Part shown: piece after piece, positions 1-9,499 of the stretch
How positions within the stretch are numbered: position 1 is the stretch's first letter
Layout: the number at the start of each line of letters is the position of its first letter
Assembly (NCBI GenBank): GCA_963825135.1
Contig: CAWGRW010000009.1
Coordinates: 1,344,001 to 1,408,000, forward strand
Reading direction: 5' to 3'
Length of the DNA stretch: 64,000 nucleotides
From: an uncultured bacterium
Lineage (GTDB): Bacteria > Desulfobacterota_D > UBA1144 > Nemesobacterales > UBA2774
Notes under the pieces: generated by a model
What the model saw: the letters and a program-made list of their open reading frames with translations, nothing else
What the model was told of the DNA's origin: nothing
The model's database searches: none
Translations under genes and position numbers: made by a program

Positions 1-19
1 GAATAAGGAAACCCGCCCC

Positions 20-871
20 GTGGACGACATTATAAAAGAGCTTGAGCTGTATAAAAATGACCGGTTCCCCGGTTCTGAAATATCGGCAGCCGATGAAAAG
101 GGACTGAACGGGGAAGCCGATTCGGTAAGGGGTAATGACGCCCTACTCAACGCAGAGGCAATGAGCAGGGTCGATGAAGTGGTCAATGAGCCGTTTGAGA
201 AATCCGGTTTTGGAGATCATCCGGGTCCCGACGACCTGCCGAGACCCGCGTCCGCGGATCAGACGGACGGGCACGTCGGCTTTCCGGATAAATATGCCTT
301 CGGGGATGAGCCCGCCGGGGACGCTCCCGCAGCGGGCGGTCTCGCTGCCGGCGTCGATGAAACCCGCAGTTCGGATACGGCCTCGGGAGACGCCGCATCA
401 GCGTCCGATGAAGGTTCAGCGGGCGCGGGCGCGCCGCCGAACGGGCCTCATTCGACCCTGTCCGGGAAAAACAGGCAGGGGGACAGGGGCTCCGTACTCA
501 TAGTGGAGGTCAGTCCCACGGTTAGGAAGATCATGAGAATTGCTCTTGAAAGGGCCGGTTATCTGGTCTATGCCGCGGGGGACGGAATACAGGCTCTGGC
601 GAGTATCAATGAAATAATTCCCGATTTGATATTCGTCGGCATAGAGCTCCCCCACATGGACGGTTACCAGTTCTGCAAGGTTATAAAGAGTCACGGTCTT
701 ACGAAGGAGGTACCGGTTGTGATGCTGTCCGGGAAGATCGGGGTCCTCGATAAGATGAAGGTGAAGATGTCGGGGGCTGACGACTTTATAGCCAAGCCCT
801 TCGGGCCGGGCGCCCTGGTTCAGGCGGCGGAGAAGTACATGAGATCATCGGCACAGGAAGCCACGATATAG
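20..871 (+). CDS. Atypical PilG/CheY-like receiver-domain protein with long acidic disordered N-terminus (may extend past the window start)
   Basis: C-terminal receiver fold (VLIVEVSPTVRK...PDLIFVGIELPHMDGYQFCKVIK...VPVVMLSG...FIAKPF); frame is open to the window edge. Confidence 0.8.
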   Translation: MDDIIKELELYKNDRFPGSEISAADEKGLNGEADSVRGNDALLNAEAMSRVDEVVNEPFEKSGFGDHPGPDDLPRPASADQTDGHVGFPDKYAFGDEPAGDAPAAGGLAAGVDETRSSDTASGDAASASDEGSAGAGAPPNGPHSTLSGKNRQGDRGSVLIVEVSPTVRKIMRIALERAGYLVYAAGDGIQALASINEIIPDLIFVGIELPHMDGYQFCKVIKSHGLTKEVPVVMLSGKIGVLDKMKVKMSGADDFIAKPFGPGALVQAAEKYMRSSAQEATI

Positions 872-898
872 AATTCCGGAGAAATCGAGGGAAAAGCG

Positions 899-1465
899 AT
901 GATGGTGCGTAAATTTTTCGTTGTCGATCAGGACGGGGAAAATAAAGAGTACGTTACTGCGGCCGAGCTCGTTTCACAGGAAGAGGCCCGGCTGGAAACG
1001 GATCTGTTGTTTCTGCTCTCGGAGCTCTCTGTCCTGGTGGATGAAATAACGGAAACAAAAGATAAACAGCCGGTTCAATCTCTTAAAATATTATCGGAGG
1101 CCGTGAACAGGGTCGCCGAATTCTGCGCGCAATCGGGACACGTATCTCTCGAAGAGGGTTTTCTCCCTGATGCGCTCCTTATCGCCTCGGGGAGTTTCGC
1201 GCACTTAAAGCTCCTGCATGTCGATCATAGCCGTATTTCCGCTCAGACGGCTATTAACCTATACGGTGGCTGGACGGGTGACGCGAACGGCAAGAATCAG
1301 GCGTTCCAGCAGATATCCCTGGGGATGGTTCGAGTGCTCGAATTATATTTCAGCTCTATCGAGGGCAGTTTTAACGCGCCTTATCCGGCTCAGTTGTGGA
1401 AGGAAACTTTTGAGATATATATAAAAGAGCTTACTGAGTCCGTAATGAGTATTACTTTCAGATAA
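899..1465 (+). CDS. Hypothetical protein, probably helical
   Basis: 188-aa ORF 27 nt after the previous gene, GAGGG SD-like element, globular composition; no motif recognised. Confidence 0.65.
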   Translation: MMVRKFFVVDQDGENKEYVTAAELVSQEEARLETDLLFLLSELSVLVDEITETKDKQPVQSLKILSEAVNRVAEFCAQSGHVSLEEGFLPDALLIASGSFAHLKLLHVDHSRISAQTAINLYGGWTGDANGKNQAFQQISLGMVRVLELYFSSIEGSFNAPYPAQLWKETFEIYIKELTESVMSITFR

Positions 1466-1655
1466 TACAATCCCCGTATGCTCACGGCGTCCCTGCCTCG
1501 TATCTAATATAACCGGCGGCCGCGCGCGGCCACTGTGAGAATCACAGCCTCGAATTATTTATGCCGCCCTGATATTAACTTGTGCGGAATCTTGTTATAT
1601 TATCTCTATCAAAAAACCGGACTCGCTCGGCAGTCCGCTTTGGTAAGGACCATAC

Positions 1656-2027
1656 ATGCAGAAAGAAAAGAACGTCTTCGGAGAAGAGCTCGAGAATTGC
1701 TCGTTATCCCCTATGACCGGATTTTATCGGGACGGGTGCTGCAGGACCGGGCCTCAGGACCTCGGCATGCACGTAGTATGCACGGAGGTCACGAAGGAGT
1801 TTCTGGAATTCTCCAGGGCGCGCGGGAACGACCTGACCGCCCCCAATCCGGAATTTGAATTCCCGGGTCTCAAACCCGGGGACAGGTGGTGTCTGTGCGC
1901 GCTCCGGTGGAAAGAGGCGTTTGACAGCGGGGCCGCCCCTCCCGTCATACTCGCCTCCACGCACGAGTCCGTGCTCGAGGTCGTATCGATCGAGGATCTG
2001 AAAAAGTTTGCTATAGACCTGGCGTGA
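1656..2027 (+). CDS. DUF2237 family protein
   Basis: NVFGEELENCS..PMTGFYRDGCC.TGPQD.G.HVVC and GLKPGDRWCLCA.RW signatures; AAGGA SD. Confidence 0.85.
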   Translation: MQKEKNVFGEELENCSLSPMTGFYRDGCCRTGPQDLGMHVVCTEVTKEFLEFSRARGNDLTAPNPEFEFPGLKPGDRWCLCALRWKEAFDSGAAPPVILASTHESVLEVVSIEDLKKFAIDLA

Positions 2028-2043
2028 CCGTCCGCGTCGGTCG

Positions 2044-3246
2044 TTATTTTTTACCCTCCACGGGCGCTACTTCATCGATTCTGACCAGGACCCTCCGGGG
2101 CTCTATGTTTTCAAGGGAAATGTCCTTCGGAAACCTCAGACTCGATTCGGAAATATTTACCGTCTTTATCCCTTTCCTCGCCTCGGGTATCTTGAGGAAC
2201 AGCTCGACCTCCTTCTCGTTGAAGAAGTAAAAAGCCCTCCTCGGGCCTAGGAACGTGACTTTCACGGTCTCGGGCTTAATATCCTCGACCCTGAGCTCGG
2301 AAGGCAGGGTGGTATATTTTACCGGTACGTTGTAGGTCATGTAGACGAGCTTCGATTCGTGGACGAATACGAACCAGAGGGCAATCGCCATCAATACCGC
2401 GATCGCCTTTTCCCTGTAATTTTTCGTAAAAAATGTAAACCAGTTTTTTCTTTTCTTAATCGGGTTTATTTCACTGTAGAATTTTTCCAGGATTAGATTG
2501 AGCTGCTCGCTGCCGATCTCTCTCAGCTCCCCGTTCCTTGCGACCGAGATGGTCCCTTTTTCTTCCGACACGACCAGACACAGGGCATCGCTCATCTCCG
2601 ACATACCGAGAGCGGCCGCGTGTCTCGTGCCTCTGTTCATGAGCATCGCGAAGTTTTTCGAAAGCGGGAGGTGGCAGGAAAATTTGACCACGTTTCCGTT
2701 CTCTATTATTATGGCGCCGTCATGACCGATCGAGTGGGGATCGAGCAGGCTTTTAAGGAGCGGCTCGCTCAGCTTGCCGTTCAGATGCTTTCCGCCCTCG
2801 ACCGACCGCTCTATTGTCGACTTTCCGGGAAGGACGATGAGAGCTCCGATTTTTTCCTTGGCCAGGTCAGTGATTGTGTTTACGAGCACTTCTATCTCCA
2901 CGCGCGACGCGACGCCCGATCTCTCGAGGGCCAGCTGCGGGTTCAGGCTCCAGAAGGCGATCTGCTCCAGGAACTGACGTATCTCCTCCTGGAAGATTAT
3001 TATGAGCGCGATGAATATGACCGCGAAAAACGTCTGGAGCACCGAGGCCGTCAGCACCAGGTTGAACTGGCGGGCGAGGAGGTAGACAATGCTGATAATA
3101 ATTACGCCTGTCAGCACGAACCGAGCTTTCGTCCTGTTGAATAATACGAGCACAGCGTATATAAGGAGGGACATGAAAGCGATATCGAACAGACCGGGAA
3201 TGCTTATTTCTTTAATAATATCGGAGATAAATTGGCCGGGATTCAA
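2044..3246 (-). CDS. cdaA: Membrane diadenylate cyclase (CdaA/DisA_N) fused to a C-terminal YbbR/CdaR-like domain
   Basis: Three N-terminal TM segments, IIFQEEIR, KIGALIV, HDGA, GTRHAAALG, VVSEEKG; then a TM segment (IAVLMAIALWFVFV) and a YbbR-like PETVKVTFLGPR region. Confidence 0.85.
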   Translation of the reverse strand: MNPGQFISDIIKEISIPGLFDIAFMSLLIYAVLVLFNRTKARFVLTGVIIISIVYLLARQFNLVLTASVLQTFFAVIFIALIIIFQEEIRQFLEQIAFWSLNPQLALERSGVASRVEIEVLVNTITDLAKEKIGALIVLPGKSTIERSVEGGKHLNGKLSEPLLKSLLDPHSIGHDGAIIIENGNVVKFSCHLPLSKNFAMLMNRGTRHAAALGMSEMSDALCLVVSEEKGTISVARNGELREIGSEQLNLILEKFYSEINPIKKRKNWFTFFTKNYREKAIAVLMAIALWFVFVHESKLVYMTYNVPVKYTTLPSELRVEDIKPETVKVTFLGPRRAFYFFNEKEVELFLKIPEARKGIKTVNISESSLRFPKDISLENIEPRRVLVRIDEVAPVEGKK

Positions 3247-3371
3247 TTATTGCAACCTTCGGGTTTAGTTGTGTAAGTATATCAGAAGAGTCGCCGGTCT
3301 GACAGTTTTTTATCAGCGCCCGTCTCGCAACACTATGGCGTAACTCGAATTATTGTATTTGTTTATCGGAA

Positions 3372-4711
3372 TTATCCGGTTTGTGACACTAAAACGACCC
3401 GCAAATCCATGACATTAGTGTTCGTCGGTCCCGTAATCAGCAGGTCACCGAGGGGTTTAAAAAAGTTATAGGAGTCGTTATCAGTCAAATGCCGGTGCGC
3501 GTCAAGGCCCAGTCTTCGCGCCCTCCCCATCGTGGTACCGTCGGCGATCGCCCCCGCTGCGTCCGTGGGACCGTCGGTACCGTCCGTCCCTCCGCAGAGG
3601 ACGAGGACGCCTTCGAGTCCTTCTATGCCGATCGCCGATGAGAGCGCGAATTCCTGATTCCTGCCCCCCAGGCCTCTTCCCCTTCACCTGCGACCGTAGT
3701 TTCCCCGCCCGAGATTATGCACGCGGGTCTCTTTACGGGATTTCCGGAAGACATAATCTCCCTGACAATCGCCGTATGCAGCCGGGCGGCTCCCGACGTC
3801 TCGCCGTCGATAGAGGTTGAGAGTATGAGGGAATTGTATCCGAGCTCGGACGCCTTCTCTTTTGCGGCGAGGGCCGCGTCGATGTTCCCGGCGACTATCA
3901 CCGTCCGCGTACGCTCGAATGCGCGGTCGCCGGGCTTCGGCGTCTCCTCCGTCTCGCCCCTTGATCCTTTTTCGATGTGCCTCACGATCGGTGCGGGCAG
4001 CTTGTTTTCGAGTCCGTACTTTTCGATGATCCTTCTGCAATCCCCGAACGTGCTTCTATCAGGCACGGTCGGGCCCGAGGCGACCGCGTCGAGGTCGTCC
4101 CCGATAACGTCCGAGAGTACGAGTGAGATGACCGTCGAGGGGTAGGCAAGCCCGGCGAGCCTGCCGCCTTTGACTAAAGAGACGTGTTTTCTGAGCACGT
4201 TGATCTCGTGTATCGTAGCGCCGCATTCGAGCAGGGTATTCGTCATGTTCTGCTTGTCCTCGAGCGACAGCCCCTCGGCGGGCAAGGGGAGCAGGGCCGA
4301 CCCTCCTCCCGATATGAGGAATATTACGAGGTCGCGCTCACCGGTTTTCCCGAGCATCCTCACGATCTCCTCCGCTCCTTCGAGCCCCGCCTCGTCCGGA
4401 ACCGGGTGCGAGGCCTCGTTAATCTTTACTGTTTTTAACGCGGCCGTATGCCCGTACTTTACGTTTATTATCCCTGCCGTAAGCAGGTCCCCCAGTACGT
4501 CCTCGACGGCGCGGGCCATGGGGGCGGCGGCTTTACCCATTCCCGCCACATATATATTCTCGAATTCCGAAAGAGCGTATTTATTCCCGTCGAGCTCGAG
4601 AAAGCCGTTATAGAGTCCGAGGTGCTTTTTTATCGCGTTCTCCGGATCGACTGCCTTGATGCCCGCCTCGAAAATGCCGATCGCGTCCTTCCTGAGCCGT
4701 TTGAGGTCCAT
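3372..4711 (-). pseudogene. Glycerate 2-kinase (MOFRL/DUF4147 family), frameshifted near 3678-3691 (true pseudogene or sequence error)
   Basis: GMGKAA, EASHPVPD, LISGGGSAL, SDVIGD, SGPT, GGETTV in the main frame; GGRNQE...GTDGTDGPTDAAGA...DNDSY...TGPTNTNVMDL continues in a shifted frame to TAA at 3372-3374. Confidence 0.85.
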
Positions 4712-4862
4712 AGCCTCACAGTATAACGAGAGCGTTTTAATCTAACAATAAACCGCGCTCGATCTCCGGGCGTTTCCATGCTTTCACGCCCCGATGCGCG
4801 GCATTTTATAATACGCGAAATCACGGGTAGATTCTTAGAAAGGATTATATCCGGACAACGCC

Positions 4863-5501
4863 ATGAAGAGATTCCTTCAAGCCCTCGTAATACTGCCCCT
4901 CGCGTCACTCGTTCTCTCTGCCGTCTTCGCCCGCGGCGAGGACGGCTCCCCTGAAATTTCGTGTGCCGAAAGCTGCGACAACTCGCAGAAGAGTTGCGAG
5001 ATGTCCTGCTCCCAGATAGTCGGCGCTGGGGTCGAGAGCGGGAAAAAGAGGGTGTGTCTTCAGGCCTGCGGGGAGGAAAGGGCCGGGTGCGAGAAGGGGT
5101 GCGTGAACCCGACGCCCCGCCCCACGCCGGTACCTGAGCCCTATAGCGACAAGACCTGCGCCGGTGCGTGTGAGTACAGGAGCAGGGACTGCGCCGAGGA
5201 TTGCACGAGATTTATCGGGGGCGGCGCGGCGAGCGTGGAAAGGGCGAATTGTCAGAAAGTATGCGGGGAAGAGCTTGGTAAATGCAGTAACAAGTGTATG
5301 AGTCCGACCGCCCCCCCGACATTCGATCCGGAGGTCTTCGAGAATAACCCCTGCGCCGGCGACTGTGCGTCGAAGCTCGAGGAGTGCGAAGGGACATGCG
5401 GCATGTTCTCCGGAGACGGGACCGGCGGGGGAAAGCGCGGCGAGTGTATGAGCGCGTGCAAAACAGTACAGTACGATTGCCTCAGTTCATGCGCGCGGTA
5501 A
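4863..5501 (+). CDS. Secreted cysteine-rich repeat protein (24 Cys)
   Basis: Sec-type signal peptide (MKRFLQALVILPLASLVLSAVFA) followed by six C-x3-C-x6-C-x3-C motifs. Confidence 0.8.
   Translation: MKRFLQALVILPLASLVLSAVFARGEDGSPEISCAESCDNSQKSCEMSCSQIVGAGVESGKKRVCLQACGEERAGCEKGCVNPTPRPTPVPEPYSDKTCAGACEYRSRDCAEDCTRFIGGGAASVERANCQKVCGEELGKCSNKCMSPTAPPTFDPEVFENNPCAGDCASKLEECEGTCGMFSGDGTGGGKRGECMSACKTVQYDCLSSCAR
4962..5492 (+). repeat. Three protein-level tandem units with a 65-aa period: Cys motif, 15-aa Gly-rich loop, Cys motif, 18-aa Pro-rich linker
   Basis: Spacing is identical in all three units of the translation (the last unit lacks the trailing linker). Confidence 0.85.
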
Positions 5502-5520
5502 GCGGCAAATCGGCAATATT

Positions 5521-6069
5521 TCAGACCGGACGACGGAGCCTCGGCAGATCCTTCACGGCCTCTATTATCTCGTCCTTGATCGTATCCCTGTTCTCGAGGT
5601 TCATTTTAAAGAGTCTCACGTCTTCCCGCTCCTTGATCTTTCCTTTAATGCCCCCGTCCGTATGAGCTATCGTCGCTATAACGATGCTCTTCGAGTCGAG
5701 CAGCTCCTGAATCATCCGCACGAATTTTACGGAAAGGCATTCCATTTTGCCGATCTCGTCGATAATTACGAGGCCCTCCTCCGAATCCGGCAGGCTGAGA
5801 GAATCGAGGAATGAATCGAAGGCGCCGACGTCCACCCTGTACTTCCCGATCTGGTACGGGCTGTCGATAAATACATGGGCGAGTATCGCCCTCCTTCCGT
5901 CGAGCCCCGCGATCTGAAACCCCTTCCTCTCCCCTTTATGCCGTATCTCCTCCGTGTAAAACCCTCGGGGGTCGTATCTCGTGAGATCGTAAACGAGCTG
6001 CTTGATGACGGTAGTTTTCCCTATTCCCGGGAGCCCGGTAATAAGGATATTCTTTCTTTCCCTGTCCAT
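5521..6069 (-). CDS. Nucleoside-triphosphatase (THEP1/NTPase_1 family)
   Basis: ITGLPGIGKTT P-loop, GFYTEEIR, IGKYRVD, IIDEIGKME. Confidence 0.9.
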   Translation of the reverse strand: MDRERKNILITGLPGIGKTTVIKQLVYDLTRYDPRGFYTEEIRHKGERKGFQIAGLDGRRAILAHVFIDSPYQIGKYRVDVGAFDSFLDSLSLPDSEEGLVIIDEIGKMECLSVKFVRMIQELLDSKSIVIATIAHTDGGIKGKIKEREDVRLFKMNLENRDTIKDEIIEAVKDLPRLRRPV

Positions 6070-6169
6070 GTTCTATCGTTCCGTGATTCGTTTCCGGGAT
6101 GGAGTGCGGGTGTCGGGTATACGCCGCGGCGACGGGTCTTATATGCGGGTCGGGAAGGAGGTCGTATGT

Positions 6170-7313
6170 TTACACCCTTATCTGATCGCAGATCTCTCTG
6201 GTCAGACGGACTGCGCCGTCTACTTCATCAAAAGTATTCTCGACTGAAAAACTGAAGCGGATGCTCGAATACGCCTCGGCCTCGGTCAGCCCCATCGAGC
6301 ACAGAACGTAAGAAGGCGAGACCTGGAAATTGGTACATGCCGAGCTCTGGGAGCACATCACCCCGGCCTTGTCGAGCTCCCTCACGAGCTTCCTCCCGTC
6401 TATCCCCCCGAACATAATGTTGGTGGTATTGCAAATCCGGTTTCCGGTATCGCCGTTTACCCTCGTCCCAGGGATAAAATCGAGTATCATCGCTTCGAAT
6501 CTGTCCCTCAAATCCTTCATGTAGCGGGCGAGCCTCTTCAAATCGTTCTTCCTGAGCTCTGCGGCCTTACCCACTGCCGACGATCCCCGGCAGGTTCTCC
6601 GTCCCCGGACGGAACCCCTCCTCCTGGAACCCTCCGAACATCATGGGCGCGAGGAGGAATTTGTCTTTCGTGTAAATGGCTCCTGCTCCCTGGGGGCCGT
6701 GGAACTTATGCCCGGTAAACGTAAGGAAATCGAACGGGAGCTCCTCAACCTTCATTTCCAGCTTCCCCACGGCCTGCGCCGCGTCCGTATGAAAGGGTAT
6801 CCCTCTCTCACGGCAGATTTCCCCCGCCTCGACTATCGGCTGTATAACGCCTGTTTCATTGTTGACCCACTGCAGGGATACGAGCGCCGTGTCCTCGCTG
6901 ATCAGCCTCCTCAGCTCGTCCAGGTCGACGGTTCCCTTCGCGTCGACTCGTATCAGCTTTATTTCGACGCCGTTTATACAGAGATAGCCGCACATTTTTC
7001 TAATAGATGAGTGCTCGACGGTGCTTGTAATGACGCGGCATTTTTTCCCTTTGTCCCTCGTGCGGGAATAAAACGCCATATTGTTCGACTCCGTCCCCGA
7101 GCTTGTGAAAGTAATCCTGGAGGGGCTCGAGCCTATGAGCGCCGCCACCTTTTCCCTGGCATCGGCGAGGTGTTTTCTGGCCCTTTCTCCTGCGGAGTGG
7201 GCGCTCGAAGGGTTTCCGAATTCGTCGCCCAGTATCTTGTATACCTCTTCCCTGACTTCCGGAAGCGGCTTCGTAGTTGCGTTATTATCGAGATATATTT
7301 CCCTATATTCCAT
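6170..7313 (-). pseudogene. iscS: Class I cysteine desulfurase (IscS/NifS), split by a 1-nt insertion at about 6574 (true pseudogene or sequence error)
   Basis: YLDNNATT, GNPSS.H, FTSSGTESNN, HTDAAQ, GHKFHGP, GTEN in the upstream ORF; SQSSAC catalytic Cys and SIRFSF in the downstream ORF; removing one base restores GIVG-M-GKAAEL. Confidence 0.85.
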
Positions 7314-7451
7314 AACCAGGCCCTATCTAAATATTATACATTATTTAGAGGCATTTTTTGTACGCGGGCCTGTCCCTTATAAACGAATCCCGCCCGGTCT
7401 TGCCGGACTTTCTCAGACCCGGTGGTTTTCACGGGCCTTCGGGAATAATCT

Positions 7452-7847
7452 TTACGCCCCGTGCTCGAGGTCGTATTCTTCGGAGGTCATTATGGTAATA
7501 CAGGGTCTCTTGTCGGCCTTTTCGAGCGGGCCCAGGTGGGACATCAGCTGTACGCTTTCCTCTTTCCCTTCCCTGGTAAGAGGCACCGGGAAGTATATCA
7601 GGTTCGATTTATTGGTCAGACGGTGAACCCTGATAAAATATAAGAGCTTGTCCAGTATGCTTCTCAGCCTCGTCTTCTCGTCTTCTCCCGCTTTCCGCCC
7701 CTCTTCGTCCGGCGTGATCCAGGCGTCCCAGACTGTCGAGGTGATAAACACCGGTACGAGCAGGCCCGCTTCCTTCGCGGTCTCCGTTATGTCCCTCTGA
7801 CTCCCGTCATCGATTGCCTGTTTTCGCGTTCGGATACCTGTCTTCAT
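7452..7847 (-). CDS. DUF6573-like protein
   Basis: TRKQAIDDG..DITETAKEAG..PV.IT..VW...ITIM..EE pattern resembles this family as I recall it. Confidence 0.6.
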   Translation of the reverse strand: MKTGIRTRKQAIDDGSQRDITETAKEAGLLVPVFITSTVWDAWITPDEEGRKAGEDEKTRLRSILDKLLYFIRVHRLTNKSNLIYFPVPLTREGKEESVQLMSHLGPLEKADKRPCITIMTSEEYDLEHGA

Positions 7848-7864
7848 GTCGATATTTTAACCGA

Positions 7865-8689
7865 TTATTCCGTTTCCGGGACGAGCGCGACGATCCTGAG
7901 AGGCCCCCCGCTCCCGCCTTTTATTTTCATGGGCAATGCGATGACCAGGGCTCCCTTGGGCGGGAGTCCGTCCAGGTTCGCGACGTTCTCGAATGCGGGT
8001 ATGTTCTCCGCAAACAATATCCTGTGGCTTTCGAACAGCTTCGATTGCCCGTAGTCGATGCTCGGCGTGTCGAGTCCTATCGCGCTGATTTTACGGTTCT
8101 CCGTGAGCCACTTCGCGGCCCCCGGGTCGAGACCCGGGAAATGAAGCTCCTTAACCGCCTCCTGTCCCTTTTTATCCGTGCCCATGTATTTCACCTTGTC
8201 CGGCCAATACTTCGCATAACCGGTATTGAGGAGGACGATCGAGTCGTCGGGAATCCTTCCGTTGACTCTCTCCCATCCGGTAAAGTCATCGACGCCGATA
8301 AGATAATCCCGGTCGGAGAGGGCTTTTTCCGAGACATCGATAACGACTGCCGCGCCTATGAGTTTATCGATCGGGATTTCGTCCAGCGTCTCTTTGCCCT
8401 CCGCAAAATGCCGCGGGGCGTCGATGTGAGTCCCTCCGTGCTCCTCGGCCGTGTATTTGTTGGCAGCGTAGTAGTAACCCTTGTCGGTAATACCGTTAAA
8501 GACTGTTTCGAGCTTGAACCCTTCTCCCGTGGGCCAGTAGACAGTGTCGCTTGAAAAATCATGCGTGAGGTCGACCCATTTCCCGGCCGGGAGCGAGACG
8601 GTTTTCCCCTGGGCGAGTCCCCTGTCCGCCAATCCCGAGGATATCATCACCGCGAGGCCTAACAACATTATCCTGATGTCGATTTTCAT
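7865..8689 (-). CDS. Cyclase / kynurenine formamidase-like metal hydrolase with signal peptide
   Basis: DLTH, EHGGTHIDAP.HF, IGLDTPSID, H..L...I...EN..NL, ALPMKIKGGSGGPLR; hydrophobic N-terminus. Confidence 0.85.
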   Translation of the reverse strand: MKIDIRIMLLGLAVMISSGLADRGLAQGKTVSLPAGKWVDLTHDFSSDTVYWPTGEGFKLETVFNGITDKGYYYAANKYTAEEHGGTHIDAPRHFAEGKETLDEIPIDKLIGAAVVIDVSEKALSDRDYLIGVDDFTGWERVNGRIPDDSIVLLNTGYAKYWPDKVKYMGTDKKGQEAVKELHFPGLDPGAAKWLTENRKISAIGLDTPSIDYGQSKLFESHRILFAENIPAFENVANLDGLPPKGALVIALPMKIKGGSGGPLRIVALVPETE

Positions 8690-8713
8690 CCGTCACCTGT
8701 TTCTTGAATCCAA

Positions 8714-9499
8714 TTATTTTTTTTCGTTTTCCACTTTGTTCACTTTGCTTCCGCTCGTTTTCGTCAGCTCCGCATCGTAGAAATCCTTCGTTTCCGGCAG
8801 AGATATATCGAGGTCTCTCGAGTAATCGATCTCTATTTTCACGTCGCTTATCCTGCAGTCGAGCACGTGTCCCCCGGCTTCCTTATCTTCTGTAATAAAA
8901 TGGAGGTGGAATCCGGCCGCGTTGACGTCTTTAAGGTACTCGGGGAACAGGAAACCCGCCATGGTCCCCCTTACGTCGTTGAGCTCGAAATACGATTGGT
9001 GCTTGACCGCTTCCGAAAGCGGCGGGAACGGCCTCTTCTGTCTCGGGACGCTTCTCGTTTGTACATTATCGAACCTGCCTTCTATCTTGACGGCGTAGAA
9101 TATGTTTTTTGACGGTAAAAGGGTTTCGATATAGCTTTCGAGCTCTTTACAGCTCATCGGCTTCGCGAGCGCGACGCTCTTGTCGGCCTCGAAAAACGTG
9201 ACCGCAGCGAACGGGGTCCCGGCCGAGTCGGGAACCACGAAAACCTTCCCGTCCGATCTGACCTGATAGAAAACCCCGTCGAGCCCTATCATCTCGCCGT
9301 CGAGGTCGTTGAGAGTGCCCAGTCCGAAGTCCCCGTGCTTTTTCAGTTCGCCGAAAGTGAAGTCCCCGTCGTAAACCCCCTCAATAAGCGCGTCGATTGT
9401 CGAGGTCTGGAAAATCGTATCGCTATCGTCGCGTGCGCGCGCGAGCGAAGCGCATACGAGGACCGCAGTTATCGCGACCACAAGTCTCCTAAGGGTCAT
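8714..9499 (-). CDS. budA: Alpha-acetolactate decarboxylase with signal peptide
   Basis: FQTSTIDALIEGVYDG, HGDFGLGT..LDGEMI, TPFA, TRSV, G.HLHFI, GGHVLD. Confidence 0.9.
   Translation of the reverse strand: MTLRRLVVAITAVLVCASLARARDDSDTIFQTSTIDALIEGVYDGDFTFGELKKHGDFGLGTLNDLDGEMIGLDGVFYQVRSDGKVFVVPDSAGTPFAAVTFFEADKSVALAKPMSCKELESYIETLLPSKNIFYAVKIEGRFDNVQTRSVPRQKRPFPPLSEAVKHQSYFELNDVRGTMAGFLFPEYLKDVNAAGFHLHFITEDKEAGGHVLDCRISDVKIEIDYSRDLDISLPETKDFYDAELTKTSGSKVNKVENEKK

Noticed and set aside
3502..3687. 61-aa ORF as a separate gene
   Set aside because: Out-of-frame by-product of the glycerate kinase indels
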